From Nitrososphaerales archaeon (GTDB taxonomy: Archaea; Thermoproteota; Nitrososphaeria; Nitrososphaerales; UBA213): a DNA stretch of 64,000 nt. The notes under the pieces are model-generated. The model was not told where the DNA came from, made no database searches, and worked only from the letters and a program-made list of their open reading frames with translations. The position numbers were made by a program, and so were the translations under genes. Shown here piece by piece: positions 56,366-64,000 of the stretch; the first letter of the stretch is position 1, and every line of letters starts with the position of its first letter. Where the stretch lies: contig CBDAOC010000020.1 in assembly GCA_965197925.1 (NCBI GenBank), positions 896,001 through 960,000 of the forward strand, in the 5' to 3' direction.

Positions 56366-57019
56366 CGTTTAATGAGTCAACCCTATCGACTATTTCCAAA
56401 ACCATTCATTTTCTATTGTTAATGTTTGAGTATCAATCATGGTAGAATTTCTTACTCCAAATATGAGCAAAGAGCAGGGAGCACCTGCATGGAGAGGTTA
56501 AATAAGATCTTGAGGTTTACTGGACTTCCTGATAAGATTAAGAACTTGATTTACAGCCCTAGTTTAGAAGAAATCAATAAGACCAAAAAAGAAATCTATA
56601 TGAAATTACAGGGTTCATCCTAGTTAAACATGCCAAGATTTCAAATCAGCATAGGCATAAGAATAATCATGAAATCACCCTAAAGAAATGTGCATCATTT
56701 AATAATTAGGGTTAATATGCAGGCAAGAATTTTGCGAATGACATGCTCCCTATGTCATATTTTCATGCCCACATACTAACATCGGTTTGGTACTTCAAGA
56801 TTCCTATTTAGATAAGGTAATAAATCTCTTTTGATGTCCATTGGATGTACACTGCCATCTTCAATATGCTAGGTTAATATGTACAATAAGAAATTTCGTC
56901 CCTAATAGTTACACTATAATCATATCACACACATTCGATCAAATCTTCGATTACTGCTTTTTCATATCTAGAAAGTGTTGCAAGGCAAAGCTAAAATGGT
57001 TAAATGTTCATCTGTTCAT

Positions 57020-58000
57020 ATGCAAAAACCAAGATTGTATGTGACAAAGAATTTACCGAGAGCTGAAGAGATTCTTGAAAAATCTTGCAAGCTTACGGTA
57101 TATAGGGGAAGAGCTCCACTGAACAAGAAAGAGATAATCAAAAATATCATGGATAAGGAGGGTCTTCTTTGCTCCTTCTCAGATCCCATTGACGGCGAAG
57201 TTATAGGTTGTGCAGAGAAACTTAAGGTAATAAGTTCCTACAGTGTAGGATATGATCATATAGACATAGATGTTGCAACGAGGCAAGGTATATGCGTGAC
57301 CCATACACCAGAAGTTTTAACTGAAACCACAGCAGACCTGGCATTTGCTCTTCTGATTGCAGTTGCTAGGCGAATTGCGGAAAGTGATGCTTTTGTTAGA
57401 AAAGGAAGATGGCGTAGCGGTTGGAGGTATGATTTTATGTTGGGCAGTGATGTTTATGGAAAGACGTTGGGTATAGTCGGGTTAGGTAGAATAGGATCAG
57501 CAGTTGCAAACCGTGCTAATGGTTTTAATATGAAAGTACTTTATCACAACAGGCAAAAACTAGCTCTTAAAAGGGAGAAGGAATTAGCAGTTGAGTACAG
57601 ATCTCTAGATGATCTTCTGAAGGAGAGCGATTTTGTCAGCATTCACCTACCATTGACTAGTGATACTTTTCATCTATTGAATGAAAAGAAACTGAAACTA
57701 ATGAAACCAACTTCATATTTGATAAACACTGCAAGAGGTTCTGTGATAGATGAAAAAGCATTGGTTAAGGTCTTGAAACAGAAAGTGATAGCGGGTGCGG
57801 GATTAGATGTTTTCGAGAAAGAACCACTCTTAAGAAATCATAAATTATTGAAAATGAATAACATTGTTGTTGCCCCCCATATAGGGAGTGCAACTATAGA
57901 AACTAGAGAAAAGATGGCTGAGGTGGCGGCTTTTAACCTACTAAATGTACTAAATGGGATAAAGCCTCTTCACACTGTTAACCCAGAGACCATTTCTTAG
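57020..58000 (+). CDS. gyaR: Glyoxylate reductase / D-2-hydroxyacid dehydrogenase
   Basis: VGYDHID, TP.VLTETTAD, GLGRIG, INTARG, LDVFE.EP, PHIGSAT. Confidence 0.85.
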   Translation: MQKPRLYVTKNLPRAEEILEKSCKLTVYRGRAPLNKKEIIKNIMDKEGLLCSFSDPIDGEVIGCAEKLKVISSYSVGYDHIDIDVATRQGICVTHTPEVLTETTADLAFALLIAVARRIAESDAFVRKGRWRSGWRYDFMLGSDVYGKTLGIVGLGRIGSAVANRANGFNMKVLYHNRQKLALKREKELAVEYRSLDDLLKESDFVSIHLPLTSDTFHLLNEKKLKLMKPTSYLINTARGSVIDEKALVKVLKQKVIAGAGLDVFEKEPLLRNHKLLKMNNIVVAPHIGSATIETREKMAEVAAFNLLNVLNGIKPLHTVNPETIS

Positions 58001-58001
58001 T

Positions 58002-58439
58002 TTATCTATCTAATTGAATTACAGCCTTAGAACCATATTTTTTGAATATGCTATCATATCGTTCTACTCGTTCCTTTATTGGACTTCCAATTTCATCATA
58101 CATTTTTGTGAAAAATGCTGCAGTAAGTCTATCGCCTTTTGAGTCAATCAATCTTATGCTGTAGCTAATTCTGTCCTTCTTGTCTTCTCTGACGAATCTT
58201 ACTTCTTTAACTTCATTCTTGTCTATATGCATATGGCATGGACCACTGTTATCGCCAATTGTTATCCAGTTCTCTCTCACTTTAAAGGGAAGTTCATTAG
58301 TAATTCGCATCTCAATCACAACACCCCCCGTGTTCGCTGACATCAGTATATTTTCTTCATTGAGTATATCTCTTAACAAATTTTCGAGCATGCTAAGAAT
58401 CTCTGGCCGGGATCTTAAATAATATGCGGTTCGATTCAA
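58002..58439 (-). CDS. ChuX/HutX/HemS-like split-barrel protein
   Basis: GGVV.E, WITIG...HMHI, SYSI...D..G....FF. Confidence 0.6.
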   Translation of the reverse strand: MNRTAYYLRSRPEILSMLENLLRDILNEENILMSANTGGVVIEMRITNELPFKVRENWITIGDNSGPCHMHIDKNEVKEVRFVREDKKDRISYSIRLIDSKGDRLTAAFFTKMYDEIGSPIKERVERYDSIFKKYGSKAVIQLDR

Positions 58440-58508
58440 ATAATAATAATTATTTTCCTCTTATTGCTTGAATGAAGTTGCTACACAGTTCTAAATGTAT
58501 AATTAGTT

Positions 58509-59590
58509 TAGGCTTGGGCGTAATTTAGTTCGAAATGATAAGAACAGATTCCATTTTTTATTTGTGATGTATTTAATTCAAACTCTACTTCGTATATTAT
58601 TTTTGATTGATTTGGTTCCTCAGCCAAAACCTAATAAGAAGAGGGAGACCCTTCTACTATTCACTAACAGTAATGCTAAGGTGCTTCATCGTAACAATGT
58701 GGCTAAGACTTCCTAGCAATAATCTATTACATCAATATTCTTCGTTAGATATTGCATACGACAGGAGAGTTATGCAATCAGGTGATCTTGATAGGTTGCC
58801 AGATAGAAGAATATTCTACAGAAGGAACAAGACCATATCGTATGACATAAAGTCAAGAATAGATGTAATGGTTATGTTTGTGAGGGAAGAATTGGTAGAT
58901 CCATTCATTGTATCTGCTGATAGTTGTATATTGAAAAAAGAATGTGTATGGCACAAATCAAGCATGATAAAGAATATTATTCCTTACACTGGAATAGATA
59001 TAGATGCAAGATGGGGCTACGGCAAAACCAAGGGATGGATATTTGGATACAAGCTGTATATGACATCTAGTGGAGGTTCATCGATTGTACCATTATCTGC
59101 TGAACTCACTACTGCCAATATTCGTGATGATAATATCTATCAGAGTATAACAGCATCCATTGGCAGAAGGAATTAGGTACGTTGCTGCAGATGAGGGATA
59201 TGATAACTATGAATTATATCAGTTCAGCAAGTACAGGGTTCCTTCTCGTATTCCCTATAGAAAGAAGTTACAAGCATACAAAGCATGATAGGCTAGCATT
59301 ATTACAGTTCTATCAATCGGAATTTGAGCAGCGTGTATATTCGCAAAGAAGCATAAGCGTTGAGCCATTGATAGAGCATATGAAGGATGTATTTACCATA
59401 GATCCATTGCCAGTTAGAGGATTTGATAAAGCTAGGAGCATCGTTCTGATTTCTATATTGCTATACCAGCTGATGGTATACTACAACTACTTGACAGGAA
59501 GACCATTAAGGGCATTGAAGCACATGTTGGGAAGTTAATCAATCAGAGGCATCAAGTTATTTTTGTTATATGGAATAATGCCCATGCCTC
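58509..59590 (+). mobile_element. IS type B full-length degenerate element (DDE transposase pseudogene)
   Basis: IRs (G)AGGCTTGGGCGTAATT / AATAATGCCCATGCCTC; GWIFGYKL, R..SVEP.IE..K. Confidence 0.9.
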
Positions 59591-59596
59591 AATTAG

Positions 59597-59923
59597 TTAT
59601 TGGTTTGTTATAGGACCAGGAAATGAGGTACCAGATTCAGAATTAGGTAAAGACCCATCATCGTCATTATTATTGTTCATTTCTTCATTTCCCCACTCAA
59701 CACATGGCAAAATTCTGGTTTCCGTAACTCCCTTAATCACCTGTATCTTTCGCATCACAAATTCGTAAATAGCTCTAAAGTCATTCTCTTCAACTGCTGC
59801 AAAAACATCGCACTTGTCAGAAACCGCATACGCCTCAATCACACCTTCGATCTGTCTAATAAACTCAGCCGATGCTATTACATCTCTACCAGATTCTATA
59901 TTAATCTCAACATAAGCTCGCAT
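59597..59923 (-). CDS. Stand-alone Lrp/AsnC ligand-binding-domain protein
   Basis: AYV.IN.E.G, I.GV.EAY.V...D, I..IKGV..T. Confidence 0.8.
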   Translation of the reverse strand: MRAYVEINIESGRDVIASAEFIRQIEGVIEAYAVSDKCDVFAAVEENDFRAIYEFVMRKIQVIKGVTETRILPCVEWGNEEMNNNNDDDGSLPNSESGTSFPGPITNQ

Positions 59924-60033
59924 AGACCAGTTCAGTAGAATCTATTATGGTGTAGAATAAAAGTATAAAGATAAAAAAAGATTCATCCAAGATGATTAAG
60001 CTTTATAAGTGAAAAATTCTGCATCGGAATCAA

Positions 60034-60507
60034 ATGGCAGTTGTGAATAAGCACAGTCCCTTTGGCATAGGAGTAATAGCCTTTTTGATAGCAGTTGGTG
60101 TTAGCATAGGGTTCTACCAGTTTGCTTACCTTCCTGTAATCACTGCCAAACCTCAGATTCCTGAAGATATACTTGAACCGAAAGAAACATCAGAAATTAG
60201 GATCATTTCAGGCTCTTTCAGTCCAGAACAAGATGACAGTTATATACCGAAACGAGTCGAACTTTATCTCGGTTTGAATAACAAAGTTGTGTGGATCAAC
60301 GAGGATGAAATAGGACACACTATAACTACAGACAACGATTCTGAAGACCAGTTTAGTGGACGGTTTGATTCCCTTGATATTATGGGGATCCTGAAACCAG
60401 GAGAGACCTACGAATTCCTATTCACTCAGGAAGGAGAGTTTCCATACCATTGTGAGCCACATCCCTGGATGAAGGGTGTAGTTAAGGTCATTAAACAAAA
60501 ATTCTAG
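60034..60507 (+). CDS. Membrane-anchored blue copper (plastocyanin-like) protein
   Basis: N-terminal TM; W.N.D..GHT.T, YHCEPHPWMKG. Confidence 0.9.
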   Translation: MAVVNKHSPFGIGVIAFLIAVGVSIGFYQFAYLPVITAKPQIPEDILEPKETSEIRIISGSFSPEQDDSYIPKRVELYLGLNNKVVWINEDEIGHTITTDNDSEDQFSGRFDSLDIMGILKPGETYEFLFTQEGEFPYHCEPHPWMKGVVKVIKQKF

Positions 60508-60593
60508 ACCTATTCTCACATCCAACAAATTCTTAAAAAGATGAGAGCTAAGGGCGAATGATTTATTATTTAGATTAGAGGTGTAACGAGTAT

Positions 60594-62009
60594 ATGGTTT
60601 ATATGCAGAAAGCAGTTACTCTTTGTTTACTCCTACTAACAGGTAGTCTTGGGTTCAACACTGCGGACGCTACCACCAATACTACTGTAAGACTAGACAG
60701 CTTAGCTGGATATCCAACTACGCAGGGGGACACGATGATCTTCAGTGGAAGATTTGTCAAAGGGGCAACTGATACTGGTATTCAGAATTCTACAATCAAT
60801 ATTCTACACCAAATATCTTATAGTAATTCTAAAATTATTGCAACAGGGTTAACAGATGCTAACGGGTACTATTCGATCCCATGGATTGTTGATGTGGTGA
60901 AGATCGCCCCTGAAATTGGGGGCTCTTCAGGCTCAACATCAAAACAAGGGGAGGTGCAACGGATCCAAGTAAAGGTCATTGCTCAGTTTGATGGTGATGA
61001 AGAGTTTATCCGTTCAACAAGCAACGCTCAATCATTCGAAGTCAGGCTAAACCGGCTCAAGATTTTTGTAGAAAGGAAGCCAGTGTATCTAGCTTTTGAA
61101 AGTTTTACCCTTCGACTGCGTATTGTGGATGATGGAGAAAACCTAATTGATCCCGACAGTTTAATTGTGCGCTTCGATAATAGAGTGATTGAGCTTGTTT
61201 ATGAAAGCATTGGAATCTATTCATTTAGGATTTCATCACTAAATCCTGGACCACATTCTCTAGCGGCAGTAGCTGAAAAGGCAGGTCATGTGACCGATGA
61301 CCAGTTGGTTACTATAGAGGGAATTAAGCGTAATACTGAGCTATCTATTACTACTGACAAGCCTACGTATAAGCGTGGGGAGAATGTCATTATAACTACC
61401 GACCTGATAGACACAAGCGCCAATGTATTCGTTTTTGAAAAGGAAATATCAGCATCTCTTACATCTCCAACTCTTAGGGGCAGTACACTAGCGGTCGTTG
61501 ATGGCAGGGCAACTTACAAGGTAAGTGATTTTGATCCAATTGGTTCATGGTCAATCAGAGCCAGTTTTGCAGGTGACATCGCGTACTCAAAATCATCGAA
61601 TACGTTTTCATTCATGGTTGAAGAAGGAACAGGTATTGCATTTGATGACAAGGACCTAGTTGGGGAGAAAGTTTCGCTTGGAAGAATAGGTCTTGTGGAT
61701 CAGACCGGTTCAGAACTCAGTAATGTATCTACAGGCCAGCAAGTTATGATACAGACCAAAATGACCAGCAATATTGCCTCAAGTGAAGAGGTAGCATACA
61801 TTAGTCAGGTGAAAGATGCTGATGGTATTACAGTCTCGATCTCGTGGATAACAGGAACGATTTCTCCTGGCCAGTCACTTGAATTAGCAATTTCTTGGTT
61901 ACCCGACGAACCAGGGAGGTATAATGCAGAAGTCTTTGTTTGGAGTGACATAATAAGCCCTGAGCCACTTTCAAATGAAGTTAAACGTGCAACAATACTT
62001 GTGAAGTAA
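60594..62009 (+). CDS. Secreted multi-Ig-like-domain surface protein
   Basis: Signal peptide; TDANG.YS..W, TTDK..YK.GE.V; C-terminal GQQV.I..AYI.QVKD.DG.TVSISW..FVW domain. Confidence 0.75.
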   Translation: MVYMQKAVTLCLLLLTGSLGFNTADATTNTTVRLDSLAGYPTTQGDTMIFSGRFVKGATDTGIQNSTINILHQISYSNSKIIATGLTDANGYYSIPWIVDVVKIAPEIGGSSGSTSKQGEVQRIQVKVIAQFDGDEEFIRSTSNAQSFEVRLNRLKIFVERKPVYLAFESFTLRLRIVDDGENLIDPDSLIVRFDNRVIELVYESIGIYSFRISSLNPGPHSLAAVAEKAGHVTDDQLVTIEGIKRNTELSITTDKPTYKRGENVIITTDLIDTSANVFVFEKEISASLTSPTLRGSTLAVVDGRATYKVSDFDPIGSWSIRASFAGDIAYSKSSNTFSFMVEEGTGIAFDDKDLVGEKVSLGRIGLVDQTGSELSNVSTGQQVMIQTKMTSNIASSEEVAYISQVKDADGITVSISWITGTISPGQSLELAISWLPDEPGRYNAEVFVWSDIISPEPLSNEVKRATILVK

Positions 62010-62097
62010 CCAGAAGAAGCTCTATTAATAGTTCAAATTTAAAGATGAATAGACTTTAAAAAAAGTAAAATGGATTAAAACTACAAGCCGATCCTCC

Positions 62098-62625
62098 CTA
62101 TGTCAATTAACAGTACCACAAACAAGCTATGTCAATTAACAGTACCACAAACAAGCTATGTCAATTAACAGTACCACAAACAAGCTATGTCAATTAACAG
62201 TACCACAAACAAGCTATGTCAATTAACAGTACCACAAACAAGCTATGTCAATTAACAGTACCACAAACAAGCTATGTCAATTAACAGTACCACAAACAAG
62301 CTATGTCAATTAACAGTACCACAAACAAGCTATGTCAATTAACAGTACCACAAACAAGCTATGTCAATTAACAGTACCACAAACAAGCTATGTCAATTAA
62401 CAGTACCACAAACAAGCTATGTCAATTAACAGTACCACAAACAAGCTATGTCAATTAACAGTACCACAAACAAGCTATGTCAATTAACAGTACCACAAAC
62501 AAGCTATGTCAATTAACAGTACCACAAACAAGCTATGTCAATTAACAGTACCACAAACAAGCTATGTCAATTAACAGTACCACAAACAAGCTATGTCAAT
62601 TAACAGTACCACAAACAAGCTATGT
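62098..62625. repeat. Perfect tandem array, 18 x 29 bp (CTATGTCAATTAACAGTACCACAAACAAG) plus 6-bp partial unit
   Basis: Counted directly; no spacers and no mismatches seen. Confidence 0.97.
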
Positions 62626-62626
62626 A

Positions 62627-63301
62627 CAACTTAGAGCTTATCCGAAAATTAACATCATAGCCTAATTGTTTATACCGAAACAGATCTAGATCTGTTCTCT
62701 CTAGCTAAATTTGTGATAAAAGCTAAGAAAAAGAGCATGCCGACCATATGGCATATACCAGACGATCTATGGGAAGAGTTCGAACTAGTGCTGCCGCCAA
62801 GGAAACCAGCAAGAACAGTTGGAAGGCTAGCTGTGCCATTTAGAAAAGTGTTGAATGGAATACTGTACGTATTAAGAACTGGATGCCAGTGGAAGAAGGT
62901 ATCTAAAGAATTTGGTTCTGGTTCAACTTGCCATGCAAGATTTCAGGAATGGATTGGGATAGGAGTATTCAAGAAGGTATGGAAGAGGCTGCTGGAAATA
63001 TATGATGAATTGAAGGGTATAGGATGGGACTGGCAATCCATGGATAGCGTACCGAAGGCCCCATTAGGGGGAAAACGACCGGAGCAAACCCAACGGATAG
63101 AGGCAAGCTAGGTACCAAACGTCACATGCTGGTTGATAGAAGAGGTATTCCTCTCTCATCTGTAATTACTGGAGCAAACAAGCACGATATGAAATCAGCC
63201 TTTCCTACAATAGATAGCATTGTTGTTGATAGGCCCAAAGTTAAACAGAACATATGCATGAATAGGATACGATTTCCCTGAGATAGAGTATGGAGTATGA
63301 A
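62627..63301 (+). mobile_element. IS type C (IS5 family), 5' part, truncated by an IS type A-like element
   Basis: Terminal CAACTTAGAGCTTATCCGAAAATT; orfA 62713-63111 (ILYVLRTGCQW, GSGSTCH.RF). Confidence 0.88.
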
Positions 63302-64000
63302 TAATTTATCCCAAAACTCTCCAATACATCATGATTGATGCGATGTTAACCAACCCAAAATAATTCTCCGCTCTTCTTTCATACCTGATTGCCATTCTAT
63401 GGAATCCACACTTGAGCCACGCAAAGAATCTCTCAACAACGTAACGTGTCTTGCTGTAATCGTTTTGGTTTGTTGTCTTGTTGTTCTTTGTCTTGAAATT
63501 TCTGTGTGAAATACAATCTAGAATATTTCTGCTTTTCAAATATTCTCTAATTGCCTTAGAATCATAACCCTTGTCTGCATAAACTGATGTAATTTGTTTT
63601 ATTGAATCATCATCTAGATAGTCAGAAATGTTTTCCATCACATCAATTAATCTAGTAGAGTCATGTTCATTTGCAGAACCAATAATTATTGATACTGGCA
63701 GGGAATTACAATCAACTGAACATGTATCTTTGTGCCTGTAATCCTCTTGAATCCAGCATGTCCAATCACATTGCCTCTTTTTTGGCAGGAAAGTTGAGGA
63801 ATCAACTGATATCCTCTGCAGTTGTAGATTGGGATAGGAGTATTCAAGAAGGTATGGAAGAGATCTTTTTCCATACTTTCCTTTGCTGCCAGTTCTGTAA
63901 CCTGCGATGTGCAGTTGATTTTGAGCCATACTTTTCTGGCATCTCACGCCACCTGCATCCAGTAACTAGAACAAACAGATTCCATTTACGTGACATCATT
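63302..64000 (-). mobile_element. IS type A-like element copy 5, degenerate, runs off the window
   Basis: TAATTTATCCCAAAAC end; YADKGYD, RYVVERFFAW, MMYWRVLG. Confidence 0.88.

Noticed and set aside
55844..56422. ORFs 55844-56137 and 56180-56422
   Set aside because: They overlap tRNA genes and are spurious
62098..62625. CRISPR array call for the 29-bp repeats
   Set aside because: No spacers between units and no cas genes in the window

Overview
AT-rich chromosomal window from an ammonia-oxidising archaeon (Nitrososphaeria/Thaumarchaeota). The contiguous amo cluster and divergent AmoA suggest a deep-branching lineage (inference). The left half (0.6-32 kb) is mostly housekeeping: cobalamin methyltransferases, shikimate/chorismate genes, thiC/thiDN, cdc48/hsp20, apt/mtnP, topoisomerase VI, dim2 and rio1. 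The right half (32-64 kb) is an IS-riddled accessory region. It surrounds an apparently complete six-gene ammonia monooxygenase cluster, amoZ-amoY-[IS]-amoB(-) / amoC-amoX-amoA, and also holds copper proteins, two intron-containing tRNAs, several fresh pseudogenes and a perfect 18 x 29-bp spacerless tandem array. At least five IS types (about 14 copies or fragments, mostly broken and nested) and many short duplications point to active genome erosion. All product calls come from motif recognition by eye; no database searches were run.
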